A stretch of DNA of 64,000 bases from a virus, in the IMG/VR virus record IMGVR_UViG_3300032053_000034, positions 17,376-81,375 of that record; one strand, written 5' to 3'. Positions 1 through 10,514 of the stretch are shown piece by piece. The number at the start of each line of letters is the position of its first letter. Position 1 is the stretch's first letter. Position numbers and translations under genes: made by a program. The notes below the pieces were generated by a model. It ran no database searches. It had not been told where the DNA came from and saw nothing but the letters and a program-made list of their open reading frames with translations.

Positions 1-51
1 GATTATGGAATAGTAACTTTAAATTTTATATATAAAAAACAATAAGGAATC

Positions 52-1503
52 ATGGCAATTGATAAGATCAACAAACTGCAATGGCATAAGGTTAAAATCA
101 CTGATGGTAGCTTTACGGATAGCAACTCATTAGCAACTAACCTGCTAACAAAACCAGAGATTTACAATACTCTTGCTTACGCAATGGGTGATAAATTCTT
201 TACATCATTCCTTACTGCTGGTACAGGTAGAATTGCAAAGAATTACAAATCTCTTGGCAATGCCGAGTATATGTGGCCTTTAATGGGTGACATTACTAAA
301 CCAATCCAAATATCCGATGACCCAACACCAGGTAATAAGGGAGCTGGCTTTGTGCCTTTCCAAATTGTCTTGGCTGAAAAATACTTCTTTGAAGGTTGTA
401 TTGTCAGATTTGAATCTGGTATTCAAGCAAGGGTACAATTAGAGCCTGTACAATTAGGTTCTGGATGGTTACACACTTGTGTAATTGTTGATAATGACCC
501 AGCAGTTTTTATTCCTGCAGCTGATACAGTTGTTGGTAAGTTGGTAGCAATGTTCTACACAGCTTATGAAGAAGGGTCTAAAGGCGGTGGATCATTTGAA
601 GCTTACCCAATGTGGTTCCAAAACCAAATGACTACTTTGCGTATGTCTTATGGTATGACTGGTTCTGCTGCAACAGATGTTATGGTGCTTGAAATGGGTA
701 AAGAGTCAGGTAAGAAATCTTACATGTGGCTTTATGCTTCTGAGTATCAGAAAATGATGTTGTGGGAACAACAAATGGAATATTACAGATTCTATGGTAA
801 GTTCAACAAATTGTCAAGTGGTGAGATTCCATTACAAGGAACTAATGGTAGACCTGTAAGAATTGGTGCTGGTATTTTAGACCAAATTGCTTCTGCAAAC
901 ACTTGGAACTACAATACACTTACCACTGACTTTTTTAATGATTTCTTGACTACTTTGCAAATTGCTTCTAGAGATGCTGAGAATAAGAAATTGATCATGG
1001 TAACTGGTGCTGCTGGTATGCAATCATTCTCAAAAGCAATTCTTCAAGAGTACAAAAACTATCAAATTGTGGATACAACTTTCACTACCAAGTCAAATGG
1101 TAAGTTGAAATTTGAAAACCAAAACTGGAGAACATACACAGGCTTGCTTGGTACTGAGCTTACAGTGGTTTACAACCCAATGTTTGATGACAAAACTAAG
1201 TTCACAACCATTGATCCACAAACAGGATATACTAAAGAGTCTTCAAGAATGGTATTCTTAGACTTCTCTGATTATGCAAATGAGCCAAACATCTCTATGG
1301 TGACTAAAGGCGCAGATGGTAGAAACAGAAGTATGTTAATGTGGTACACTGCAGGTTCTACTTCACCTGAACCTGGTCAAGATTCTGGTGTTAGTAAAAC
1401 ATTAAGATCATCTTCTTTTGATGGTTTTGAATGTCACTTCTTATCTGAACAAGGTATCAAGGTAACTAACCCATTAGCTTGTGGTCAATTGATCAGAGCA
1501 TAA
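52..1503 (+). CDS. Major capsid protein (Crassvirales type)
   Basis: 483 aa, first gene of the structural block and followed by a strong terminator. Segments such as GRPVRIGAGILDQI, the late TG..G motif and the C-terminal GIKVTNP..CG resemble crAss-like MCPs; downstream gene order fits. Confidence 0.85.
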   Translation: MAIDKINKLQWHKVKITDGSFTDSNSLATNLLTKPEIYNTLAYAMGDKFFTSFLTAGTGRIAKNYKSLGNAEYMWPLMGDITKPIQISDDPTPGNKGAGFVPFQIVLAEKYFFEGCIVRFESGIQARVQLEPVQLGSGWLHTCVIVDNDPAVFIPAADTVVGKLVAMFYTAYEEGSKGGGSFEAYPMWFQNQMTTLRMSYGMTGSAATDVMVLEMGKESGKKSYMWLYASEYQKMMLWEQQMEYYRFYGKFNKLSSGEIPLQGTNGRPVRIGAGILDQIASANTWNYNTLTTDFFNDFLTTLQIASRDAENKKLIMVTGAAGMQSFSKAILQEYKNYQIVDTTFTTKSNGKLKFENQNWRTYTGLLGTELTVVYNPMFDDKTKFTTIDPQTGYTKESSRMVFLDFSDYANEPNISMVTKGADGRNRSMLMWYTAGSTSPEPGQDSGVSKTLRSSSFDGFECHFLSEQGIKVTNPLACGQLIRA

Positions 1504-1511
1504 ATTAAACT

Positions 1512-1549
1512 TAACAGAGTGTCATTAGTGACACTCTGTTATTTTATTT
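1512..1549 (+). terminator. Rho-independent terminator after MCP
   Basis: 13-bp perfect stem TAACAGAGTGTCA/TGACACTCTGTTA, loop TTAG, then TTTTATTT. Confidence 0.85.
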
Positions 1550-1581
1550 ATTTGTTAAATAGTTAGAAATTAATTAGTTAT

Positions 1582-2457
1582 ATGGGATTTACAAACAAAA
1601 AACCAGTTGCTCCTGTAGATGAAGCTCCTGTTGAAAAACTAAATGATGATACAATCCTTGCAATAGCCAATACACCGGTAAAAACAAAGATTAAACACAT
1701 TGTAAATATTAAGCCAGTAGAAACTACTGGAGGTACAGTTAAGTCAAACCTAAATGGCGGTAAGGTTAATAAGTTATTACCAAATGGAACTTTGATTCTG
1801 GCTACACAAAAAGACGAATATGACAATCCAATTGAGTTTATCTCAGAGGAAGAATTTGAATTATTGGTAAGGAAATTTAATCCTAGAGCCAATTACAGAG
1901 ATTTTCTTTTGGGCTATCAATTGAGATTTACAGATAAAGGATTAAAACTTGATGTTGCAGTTCCTGATAATATGGTTAAATACAAGTTCTGCCAAGTGCA
2001 TTCTTGGATTGCTAGTTCAAAATCAGGAGCAAACCCAGCAATTCATTTCTTCTTTATTGAAGATGAAACTGCAGAGGCAAAAATTTCTAACCTTAAAATG
2101 GAGGTAGAACTTGATTGCTTTGCAGCACTGAAAAAAATGTCATCAGTTGATAGAAGAGATTTCTTGAAATTGTATGGAATAGTTCCAGATACATTCTCTG
2201 ATGAGATTGTATTAAAAAGGCTTAGAGATTTTATTGCTGTTGATCCAGAGAAGTTTATTTTGCGTTATGATGATATTCACAAAGCAATTAAAATTCTTAT
2301 CAGCTCTTTAATATTGAAAGGAGTCTTAAGAAGAAATGGTAAGTCAATCTTCTATGAAGAAACCTGTATTGGTGGAAATGAAGAACTTGCTGTTGAGTAT
2401 TTGAATAATGGTGCAAATGATGACTTGTTAACACAGCTTTATAGGCTGAATAAATAA
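1582..2457 (+). CDS. Conserved crAss-like protein downstream of MCP, function unknown
   Basis: 291 aa; position and size match the conserved post-MCP gene of crAss-like phages; TAATG overlap with the next gene. Confidence 0.6.
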   Translation: MGFTNKKPVAPVDEAPVEKLNDDTILAIANTPVKTKIKHIVNIKPVETTGGTVKSNLNGGKVNKLLPNGTLILATQKDEYDNPIEFISEEEFELLVRKFNPRANYRDFLLGYQLRFTDKGLKLDVAVPDNMVKYKFCQVHSWIASSKSGANPAIHFFFIEDETAEAKISNLKMEVELDCFAALKKMSSVDRRDFLKLYGIVPDTFSDEIVLKRLRDFIAVDPEKFILRYDDIHKAIKILISSLILKGVLRRNGKSIFYEETCIGGNEELAVEYLNNGANDDLLTQLYRLNK

Positions 2458-3176
2458 TGACACTAACAGAATCTCTTGATAGTACTAGATACCAACTAGA
2501 TAAATCTGGGTCTCACGCTCTGGCTGACTTTCAGCCAGAGGATTTGGCCTTTTGGATGGATGAGGCTACTAAAGAGTTTGTGAAGTTAAGGTATGGTATT
2601 AATAACAATGTTCAAAAGTCATTTGAAACTACTGAAAAAAGAGTTGATGATATTAGAACACTTGTTACAACTACTGATAATTTAACCTTTATTCCTGCAC
2701 CAGATTATAATTTTGGTGTACAACAAGGTGTCAATGTTTTACAAGCAACACTTCCAATTGATTATTGGATATTATCCAATGTAATTGGGTATGGGTATTT
2801 GGGAAATTGTTTCTCTAAGGTTTTAAGAACAAAACAAATTAGTCATGATGAAATAGCGGCTGCTCTTGCTGATCCTTTTAATAGACCAACAGGAACAAAG
2901 CTACTTTATATGTTTGAGCAAAAGACTATAATTATATTTGTAGTTCCTGGCTTAGTTACTGATAAGTTTCTTATTACGTATATAAGAAGACCAAAATCAA
3001 TATTAGCAACACTGATAGGAGATCCTGTGAATGCATATACAAATATGAACTCACAAATAGAACTTCCAGACCTTGTTCATAATGAGATAGTGAAACTTTG
3101 TGTTAGAATGATTCTTGAAAATATTGAATCAGGAAGATATAACACTATCCTTAACGAGTATAAAGACGTTGAATAG
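2457..3176 (+). CDS. Head-tail ring/connector protein
   Basis: 239 aa; FE.TEKR.DD.R.L, DPFNRP, YIRRP and ELP...H.EIV motifs are typical of crAss-like ring proteins. Confidence 0.7.
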   Translation: MTLTESLDSTRYQLDKSGSHALADFQPEDLAFWMDEATKEFVKLRYGINNNVQKSFETTEKRVDDIRTLVTTTDNLTFIPAPDYNFGVQQGVNVLQATLPIDYWILSNVIGYGYLGNCFSKVLRTKQISHDEIAAALADPFNRPTGTKLLYMFEQKTIIIFVVPGLVTDKFLITYIRRPKSILATLIGDPVNAYTNMNSQIELPDLVHNEIVKLCVRMILENIESGRYNTILNEYKDVE

Positions 3177-3226
3177 TATGTTCTATTTAACTAACAGATA
3201 ACACAAACTTCAAATTTAAAAAAGAG

Positions 3227-4366
3227 ATGAGTACTATTGTAGGCAAAAGCGTGCTTGATGTAGAGATTGGAACTGATTATTCCGCTTTAGCATCACCTCC
3301 AACAAATCAACTTGGTGTTATAGATTTCCCAGCAGGGATTGCTACCACCAATGCTACCACATCCAATGCAATTCAGTTTATTCAGTCTTGTATTGAGAAT
3401 GGACAACCAATCAGAAGGTTGTCTAATTACATTCAAAAAGGACAAATACAGAGATACACTCAACAAAACTTTATTGCATTAAACACGCAGACTGGTATTG
3501 TTAGTTTTACTGGATTTGTTCCATTGGTAAATGTCAATTACAATTTTGCAATTGAAAGAAAAGATTCACAATCTTTTGAAGTATTCAGACACAATTATGT
3601 AATTAATGGTGGTACAACTGTTGCTTTAACTCTTGCTCAATTCTTAGCACAAGTTGTTACATTGGTTAATGCTGATTTCAATTACAATGAAATTACAGCA
3701 ACAATCAATAGTACAACTGCTGGTGAATTATTGCTTGCTGGCAAAGCTAACAAGTCTGACATTACCTTTGAGTTTATTCTTGGAACCAACTTCCCAACAA
3801 ACATTGTCCCAACATATGTTGGTGCTGATAAAGGTGTTGGAGCATATCCTACAGTTTCAGAAATGGAGCAGTATTATAAAGGATATAGGGGTCTTCAGAT
3901 AAACTGGGTTCCTGCTGATTACAATGGTGGAACTACATTCTATTATGCACAAGACAGAATCCTTGCAGGTGTTCCAACCGCAACTGGTACTTTGGGTTCA
4001 ACAACAGTAACTCTTACTGCTGATCAAGCTGGTACTTATGCCTTAAGAGCTGGACAAGCAATTGTAATCCTTGGTAATACTTATGTGATTGCTAAGAAAA
4101 CAGCACTTGTGATTGAATTGAATATTCCTGCATTGACAGCAATTCCTGCATTAACACCAGTATCAATGTATGTTGGTTATGACACCTTTACTGTTGTTCA
4201 TAGACATTATTATTCTGGATTATCTGAAGGCAACTCCAATGCTCCAATTGTGTCAACTGCTTATGTTGCTTCTTTAGTGGCAGCCCCATCTGCAGGTAGT
4301 ACAGCATTGACTACACTGTTAAGTTCTGGAACAACAAACTTAGCGGTAAGCTGGATTGGTAATTAA
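3227..4366 (+). CDS. Probable auxiliary capsid/decoration protein
   Basis: 379 aa, Thr/Ala/Gly-rich with beta-strand character; syntenic position; followed by a terminator, consistent with a high-copy structural protein. Confidence 0.55.
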   Translation: MSTIVGKSVLDVEIGTDYSALASPPTNQLGVIDFPAGIATTNATTSNAIQFIQSCIENGQPIRRLSNYIQKGQIQRYTQQNFIALNTQTGIVSFTGFVPLVNVNYNFAIERKDSQSFEVFRHNYVINGGTTVALTLAQFLAQVVTLVNADFNYNEITATINSTTAGELLLAGKANKSDITFEFILGTNFPTNIVPTYVGADKGVGAYPTVSEMEQYYKGYRGLQINWVPADYNGGTTFYYAQDRILAGVPTATGTLGSTTVTLTADQAGTYALRAGQAIVILGNTYVIAKKTALVIELNIPALTAIPALTPVSMYVGYDTFTVVHRHYYSGLSEGNSNAPIVSTAYVASLVAAPSAGSTALTTLLSSGTTNLAVSWIGN

Positions 4367-4389
4367 TTAATATTGGGGTGATTAAAATT

Positions 4390-4421
4390 AAAGCCACACT
4401 CTTTGGGTGTGGCTTTTTTTA
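4390..4421 (+). terminator. Rho-independent terminator
   Basis: AAAGCCACAC...GTGTGGCTTT stem followed by a T-run. Confidence 0.85.
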
Positions 4422-4456
4422 TTTTAATATTCGTATATTATCTAAACATAAAGGTG

Positions 4457-5131
4457 ATGGCAACATACGCAGAAATTGTAAATAACCTTAGAAACATATA
4501 TTCTAGTGGTATCTCAAGCGATGACTATAACATTGAAGATGAGCAGCTTTTGTTTATTTTTAATACATATAGGGCATTATTTATTAGGAGAGAACTTGAT
4601 AAAGGCTCTGCAATTAATTCAAATCTGGTTCAAGATTTTTGTATTAATATGGAGTGTGGGGATTATTCTGATTGTTGCCCTGGTCTTGATACTGGAACAA
4701 GAATCATGAAAAGTGTACAGAAATTACCAACAGTTATTGACTCAAAGTTTATGAGTTTACTTATGAAGATTGGTAGTGCTGATGGCTCTGTCTCATACCA
4801 AATAGTACCAGAGACTCAGGTTAGATGGAATTATAATAAGTATACCGGAAAGTTGATTAAGGTTTGGATTAAAAACAACCATGTATTAGCAATAAACATG
4901 GATCCAGCAGTAACTACACTTTCTGTATCAGGAGTATTTGAACATCCACACTTTATAAGTGGAGCAGGAACATGTGATGGTGGATGTTTTTCTTGGGATG
5001 AGACTTACCCAATAGCTGCATCAATGATTCCGATCATTAATAGTGAAATACTTTCAAAAGAACTTAGAATCATTTCTTCAACTAATCCTGATATTCAAAA
5101 TGATACTAATAACCAAAGAGGCCAAGGATAG
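4457..5131 (+). CDS. Tail ring protein
   Basis: Start moved to ATG 4457 (MATYAEIV) because the ORF-track start lies inside the terminator. Cys-rich; YNKYT and VSGVFEHP...YP motifs fit crAss-like ring proteins. Confidence 0.6.
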   Translation: MATYAEIVNNLRNIYSSGISSDDYNIEDEQLLFIFNTYRALFIRRELDKGSAINSNLVQDFCINMECGDYSDCCPGLDTGTRIMKSVQKLPTVIDSKFMSLLMKIGSADGSVSYQIVPETQVRWNYNKYTGKLIKVWIKNNHVLAINMDPAVTTLSVSGVFEHPHFISGAGTCDGGCFSWDETYPIAASMIPIINSEILSKELRIISSTNPDIQNDTNNQRGQG

Positions 5132-5606
5132 GATTCTTAATGATCAGGTTAATGATCTACAAGATTTTACAGAGATTTCTTCTGGGGTCTTTGGATTACA
5201 CGGAAAGAATATATATCCCGCAGGTTTTGATTATGACAGAATGAAAATGTCCTACTCTCTTTGTAAGATGAATAACAAATCTTTAAAAATGAAGAGGGGG
5301 GAGTTTCTCGAAGTAATTAAAGTTCTTGGCGAAGTTATTATGGATTTTTTATTAGATTATGAGATAATTCATTTAAGAGGAATTGGTACAATATTCTTTG
5401 CTGGTGTAGAAAGGTTTACTTCTAAGTATACTATCAGAAAGTGCAGAAAAGATAATACCCAAGGATTGGCAAGTTTAAAGTGTAAACTTATTCCTTCATG
5501 GAGAATGAAGTATACAGTATTGCACACTAGGGAAACTAATAAAAGATTGATTGAGTTTCATAGGGGCGGTAACTCTTTCCCTTCTTACTTTGTAAACAAG
5601 AAATGA
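5100..5606 (+). CDS. IHF/HU-like DNA-binding protein
   Basis: Helical EFLEVIKVLGEVIMDFLL followed by IHLRGIGTI is the HU/IHF signature; basic; syntenic with the crAss IHF-like gene. Start uncertain. Confidence 0.55.
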   Translation: MILITKEAKDRILNDQVNDLQDFTEISSGVFGLHGKNIYPAGFDYDRMKMSYSLCKMNNKSLKMKRGEFLEVIKVLGEVIMDFLLDYEIIHLRGIGTIFFAGVERFTSKYTIRKCRKDNTQGLASLKCKLIPSWRMKYTVLHTRETNKRLIEFHRGGNSFPSYFVNKK

Positions 5607-5607
5607 C

Positions 5608-6489
5608 ATGGTTAATAAATACACATCCATAAAAGTTCTCATAACTAAGATTGTTAGGGACCTGAATATGACCAATGATGAAAGGATCTGGGACACTATA
5701 GAGTGGATTGCTGAGGGACTTGAACACATTGGTAGTTATAACCAGTATGTTGCAAAAGGTATTCAGTTTGAACTTTGTGACAGCTTTAAGTATCCTATTC
5801 CTTGCGACCTGGTTAAGCTTACAGCAATGAATACCGGAGGTAGACCATTATCATATTTGACCGGAACTATGGACATGCAGGATGCCAAATTCTTCAAACA
5901 GCCATATACACAGCCAGTACCTAAAATATGTGGTGAATTTACTCAGGCAGATGGAACCCCAATTTTCATAAATTGTGGGACTGGTAATATAAACAATCCA
6001 AACAATGTAAATGGAAATGAAACTATTGCTACTGCTGCTGGTAATTCTGGCTTTACCAATACTAGACCAGGATATGTTGTTAATGGTGGCTGGTTTAATT
6101 TCAATTTTTCTTCTGGCCTTGTTTCTCTTTCTTATCTTGGTCTTCTTGTGGATTGCGATGGATACCCAATGATTCCTGATATGGCATCTGTTAGAGAAGC
6201 TTTGTTCAAATATGTTGTAATGAAGTTCTATTATTCTAAGTATATTCTTGGACAAATACCCCCATCAGTATACAGGGATATGCAAGAAGATTGGCATTGG
6301 TATTGTTCTCAAGCAAGAGGAGAAATGAACATGCCTACTCTTGATAAAATGGAAAGCATTAAGAATAACTGGCTTAGACTTAAACCTCTATTGCAGCAAG
6401 AGTCTTATGGCTTTACAGATATTGGTGTTAACTCAAGAACTAATGGCCTGGGCGCTATTGGCTTGACTGGAAATAATGGTATCCTTTAA
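5608..6489 (+). CDS. Tail tubular/ring protein (P22 gp4-like position)
   Basis: 293 aa; IEWIAEGLEHIG, Y.GL.VD.DGYPMIPD and W.WYC.QAR motifs; directly precedes the muzzle gene. Confidence 0.7.
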   Translation: MVNKYTSIKVLITKIVRDLNMTNDERIWDTIEWIAEGLEHIGSYNQYVAKGIQFELCDSFKYPIPCDLVKLTAMNTGGRPLSYLTGTMDMQDAKFFKQPYTQPVPKICGEFTQADGTPIFINCGTGNINNPNNVNGNETIATAAGNSGFTNTRPGYVVNGGWFNFNFSSGLVSLSYLGLLVDCDGYPMIPDMASVREALFKYVVMKFYYSKYILGQIPPSVYRDMQEDWHWYCSQARGEMNMPTLDKMESIKNNWLRLKPLLQQESYGFTDIGVNSRTNGLGAIGLTGNNGIL

Positions 6490-6500
6490 TAGAAACTGCA

Positions 6501-9500
6501 ATGGCAACAAAACAAAAAGACGGAGGAAATATATCATATTCTAATATCCTTACTGGAGGTATGAATAAGGATGTGGACCCTTCTTTCCAACCTGAAAATA
6601 CATATACTCTTGCTGAAGGGATGACTGTCAGTAATAGAGAGCATGATGCTATGCTAGAAACTGAAGAAGGAAACTCTAGCGCCTTTGCATTACCAGACAA
6701 TACAATACCTCGAGTTACTCCTTTAGACCCTGATGCTAATGTTATTGGGTCCACAACTATTGATAATTTGGTGTTTGTATTTTCGACTAATCCACTTGGA
6801 AGGGATTATATAACAATCTGCAATAAAACTGATGGCACTTCAAAATTAATTCGCGTAAATATTGACCCAACACTTCCTCCAGATGTGGTTTATAATCTTG
6901 GGTTTGATATAAACTTTCGTGTGAAAGCTGAGGCAAAGATTCTTTTTAATGGAGACATTGGGTTATACTTTACTGATAACTTAAACCCAATCAGGTATAT
7001 CAGGGTAAAAAATAATGCCGGTGTTTATTCTGGATTCCTAGGTAAGCTTCTCTCTGGAGTATCAACTCCACTGATTGATGTATCTATGCAGGATGGTGGA
7101 GGGGCTATTGCGTGTTCTTCATATTTATTTGCCATTGGGTACACAGATGCTTCAGATACTGTTGTTGGGTATTCTACATTTACAAACCCATATCCTGTAG
7201 TGGATGATTATCTTCCTGGCCCAGGGAATATCCCAGTGTTTGATGGAGCTTATAATGATGTAAAAGCAAATAAGATATTTGAACTAACAATTAATGAGGC
7301 AGCATTTGATCCTTCTTATGTTAGCTTTAAAATTGCACTGATAACATTTATTGGTTTCTCAAATACTCCAAGTGTATTTCTTCTTGATGTTCCATACAGG
7401 GCAAGATTTATTGCTGGTAAAATGAATATTCAGATTACCGGTAATGAACCTTCAACTCAAATATCATTAGCAGAAGTTACTATTCCATTTGCTGATTATA
7501 GATATGCAAAAGAAGTCGCTCAGTTATATAACAGATTACTGTTTGCTAATCTTAGAAAAGAAGATCTTCCAATTGATTTTGAAGCTATTGCTAATGCAAT
7601 TAGTTTAACTCCTTGGCAAAAGCCAATTGATACCAATATTGTTGAATACAATGGTACTGGTGGATACAAGGATGGTGGTACTTGTGTTACCAATAAGTCA
7701 TATATGCGCGATGAAGTATATTCATTTGCCATAGTATTTATTATAGATGAAACAACAGAAACCAATGCTTATCATATTGCTGCACCAAAAGTATCTGCTT
7801 CTCCAATAATTTATGGACAGAAATATCCACCAGCTTCACCTGGAACATTTGGGACTTACTACGCTAGTCAACAACAATACAAGACTGGATCTCCATATTT
7901 TACTGGACTAGAAGATGACCATGTTAGGTATCATGTTATTCCTAAGTATGACTTAATGCAGTCTGGCTCTGATCATGTTGTTATGGCCATTGGTGTAAAT
8001 GTTACTAATGTTGCCAATGCATTATTGCTTATTCCAGACCCTCTATTAAGAGCAAGAATTACTGGATATAGATTGGTTAGAAGACAGAGAAATAATGACT
8101 CAAATAAAACCATTGTCTCTCAAGGTCTTATTCAGAAGTATATTCAGGATCTTAATTGGGGAGGCTTTAGTGGAAACCAAACAAGATGTAACACTGCATT
8201 TGGATACCCAGAGAATTCAAGCCAGTTTGAAATTGCACTTAACAATGCACAGATTGGTTTTTCATCAGTCACAATAGAAGGAAGAGTTATTCTGTATCAA
8301 ATGTCTCCTGGTACTTTAAATGCAAATTTAAGAGCAAAGCAAATTTGTGGTTTTATTTCACCAGAAACAGTGTTTGGACAAAGCACTTCATTGCAGGTTT
8401 CCAAGATTAGACCAGAAAGAGCTATTGGTACTCCGGTAATTAATTCCTATGGATATGGCCTAAATATTGATGGCTCTTGGAATTACGTCACCCAGGGCAG
8501 TACTGATAATTATAATCTTGGCACAAATACAGAGTTTACTTGGTACACTCCTGGCGTAGAGGTTGTTAACAATCTTTTTGCAAAGATTGATAAAACTGTA
8601 ACTATAGATCAGTACTGGATAAATCCAGCCAATAGTTTACTTCAACCATCTACACTGATGGATCAGTTTGGTACTCAGTTTGGGATTGGAACTGTTAGTT
8701 TAATCTCATTGCCTGTACAGACAAATCACCTTGGTATAAATTTAAGGCAAAATCCAACTGATGATATTAACAATAGATTGTTACTGTATAATGGTGGATG
8801 GGCTGACAGTTATGTTATGAATCTTGAAAATGAGAATCCAAACTGTTATACAACATTGTATTCATCTGAGTATATTAGTTGTGAGTTAATACCGACTATT
8901 GCAGATGCATATATTCTTGGAGGAGATACATTCATTTCTAGGTTTACAGCTGTTAATCAAATACCAAAATATGTTGATGATGGGGCTTCAAAAACTCTTG
9001 GAGCATGGGCTGGCGGTGTTGGTACTTATATTGAAAGCCAGTATAACTGTGACTTAAGACATAGGTTAACTAGTAATAATGGTAGTCAAAAGGCAACTCC
9101 TTATGTTGATTATATTTCCAATGACAGGTTTATTGATACATTTAGAAATACCTTTTTTAAGAGATATGGTATTCAAGACTCCACTTATAATGACGCGTAC
9201 TCTGCAGAAAACAATTTTAATATTTGGTTAACAAAGTCTGAGTTCTTTGACCAAGTATTTAACTTTGCTGATAGGATTATTTATTCTGATCAGTCAATTG
9301 AAGGTGAAGGTACTGATAGGTATTTAATATTTAGACAAAATAATTACAAGGATATTCCTAAAAATAGAGGGCCAATCTGGAATTTGTTTGCCTATGACAA
9401 TGATATTTATGCGCAATGCATAAGTTCAACTTATAAAACAAACATGCAGACAACTGCAGTAATCTCTGCTAATAATGGTGTTCAGGCAACATTAGGCGCA

Positions 9501-10514
9501 AGTGGATTATTCAGTATGCCTGAGCAGGAGCTTCTAACTATCTCCGGTGGCTATGGTGGCTCTCAAGATTCTTTTAGCGGTGTTAATACTCCAAGAGGAA
9601 GATACTTCATTGACAGGGCTCAAGGGAAGGTTTTCTTATTATCAAGAGGGCTTGAAGAAGTTTCCATTGATGGGATGTTTCACTTCTTTGCTGATAATTC
9701 AGAATTTATTGTTCCTAATAATAAGTCATATCAAGAAAATGATCAATTCCAAAATCCAAATGGACATGGTATTGGTATTGGGTATGATGCTGCGGGAAGA
9801 AGATTAATTATCTGCAGAAGAAGTAATGATGACACATCAAAAGATTTCACAGCCTCATTCTCTTTTGTAACTGGTAAATGGGCTGCCTTACATAGGTATA
9901 AACCAAACATGTTTATTAATTCTGGCATAGAGCTCTATACTTGCGTAAACACAAATGTAAATGGTGTATCTGGAATCTTATGGAAGCATAGGGGTGGAGT
10001 ACCTGGTTCTTTCTATGGACAGTCACCATATCCATCTATCTTAGAACTATCAGTTAATGAGCCAGCAATTAGGAATAAGGTTCTTGATAACTTGGTAGTA
10101 TCTGGAGAAACTAGAATTGTAAATAACTTAGGAGCTGAGTTATTGTTGCCAATAAGAGCTGTTGGTGACTTTTTAAAGATCTCCTCTAGGTTTTGTAACT
10201 CTGGATTGAGATCTTTAGAATACTCTAATGCGTTTAACTTTAAACCTACACCAGCAACATCAATAACACCTGGTTCTGTAGCTGTAGGATATTACAATAG
10301 ACAGTATCAATTATCTTGCCCAAGAAGCTTAGTACAGGATTCTGAGTATTCAAATCCTAATGGTATTAATGTCAATAATATTAAACCTGATATGCTCTTT
10401 GCTCCTAGATTAAAAGATACGTACTTTATAGTTAGGTTTGAATTTTCTAACTTGAGCTCAACTAAGATAAGTATTGATGCAGTATTGGCTTCACTAAGAT
10501 TAAACATAAGATAA
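6501..10514 (+). CDS. Tail stabilisation / muzzle protein
   Basis: 1337 aa; N-terminal GGMNKD, KSYMRDEVYSF, GGDTFISRF and RIIYS..S..GE..D motifs typical of crAss-like Tstab; beta-propeller-like composition. Confidence 0.8.
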   Translation: MATKQKDGGNISYSNILTGGMNKDVDPSFQPENTYTLAEGMTVSNREHDAMLETEEGNSSAFALPDNTIPRVTPLDPDANVIGSTTIDNLVFVFSTNPLGRDYITICNKTDGTSKLIRVNIDPTLPPDVVYNLGFDINFRVKAEAKILFNGDIGLYFTDNLNPIRYIRVKNNAGVYSGFLGKLLSGVSTPLIDVSMQDGGGAIACSSYLFAIGYTDASDTVVGYSTFTNPYPVVDDYLPGPGNIPVFDGAYNDVKANKIFELTINEAAFDPSYVSFKIALITFIGFSNTPSVFLLDVPYRARFIAGKMNIQITGNEPSTQISLAEVTIPFADYRYAKEVAQLYNRLLFANLRKEDLPIDFEAIANAISLTPWQKPIDTNIVEYNGTGGYKDGGTCVTNKSYMRDEVYSFAIVFIIDETTETNAYHIAAPKVSASPIIYGQKYPPASPGTFGTYYASQQQYKTGSPYFTGLEDDHVRYHVIPKYDLMQSGSDHVVMAIGVNVTNVANALLLIPDPLLRARITGYRLVRRQRNNDSNKTIVSQGLIQKYIQDLNWGGFSGNQTRCNTAFGYPENSSQFEIALNNAQIGFSSVTIEGRVILYQMSPGTLNANLRAKQICGFISPETVFGQSTSLQVSKIRPERAIGTPVINSYGYGLNIDGSWNYVTQGSTDNYNLGTNTEFTWYTPGVEVVNNLFAKIDKTVTIDQYWINPANSLLQPSTLMDQFGTQFGIGTVSLISLPVQTNHLGINLRQNPTDDINNRLLLYNGGWADSYVMNLENENPNCYTTLYSSEYISCELIPTIADAYILGGDTFISRFTAVNQIPKYVDDGASKTLGAWAGGVGTYIESQYNCDLRHRLTSNNGSQKATPYVDYISNDRFIDTFRNTFFKRYGIQDSTYNDAYSAENNFNIWLTKSEFFDQVFNFADRIIYSDQSIEGEGTDRYLIFRQNNYKDIPKNRGPIWNLFAYDNDIYAQCISSTYKTNMQTTAVISANNGVQATLGASGLFSMPEQELLTISGGYGGSQDSFSGVNTPRGRYFIDRAQGKVFLLSRGLEEVSIDGMFHFFADNSEFIVPNNKSYQENDQFQNPNGHGIGIGYDAAGRRLIICRRSNDDTSKDFTASFSFVTGKWAALHRYKPNMFINSGIELYTCVNTNVNGVSGILWKHRGGVPGSFYGQSPYPSILELSVNEPAIRNKVLDNLVVSGETRIVNNLGAELLLPIRAVGDFLKISSRFCNSGLRSLEYSNAFNFKPTPATSITPGSVAVGYYNRQYQLSCPRSLVQDSEYSNPNGINVNNIKPDMLFAPRLKDTYFIVRFEFSNLSSTKISIDAVLASLRLNIR

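Noticed and set aside
4403-4456. Hydrophobic N-terminal extension (MGVAFFILIFVYYL) suggesting a membrane anchor
   Set aside because: It is the translation of the terminator stem and T-tract; the real start is most likely ATG 4457.
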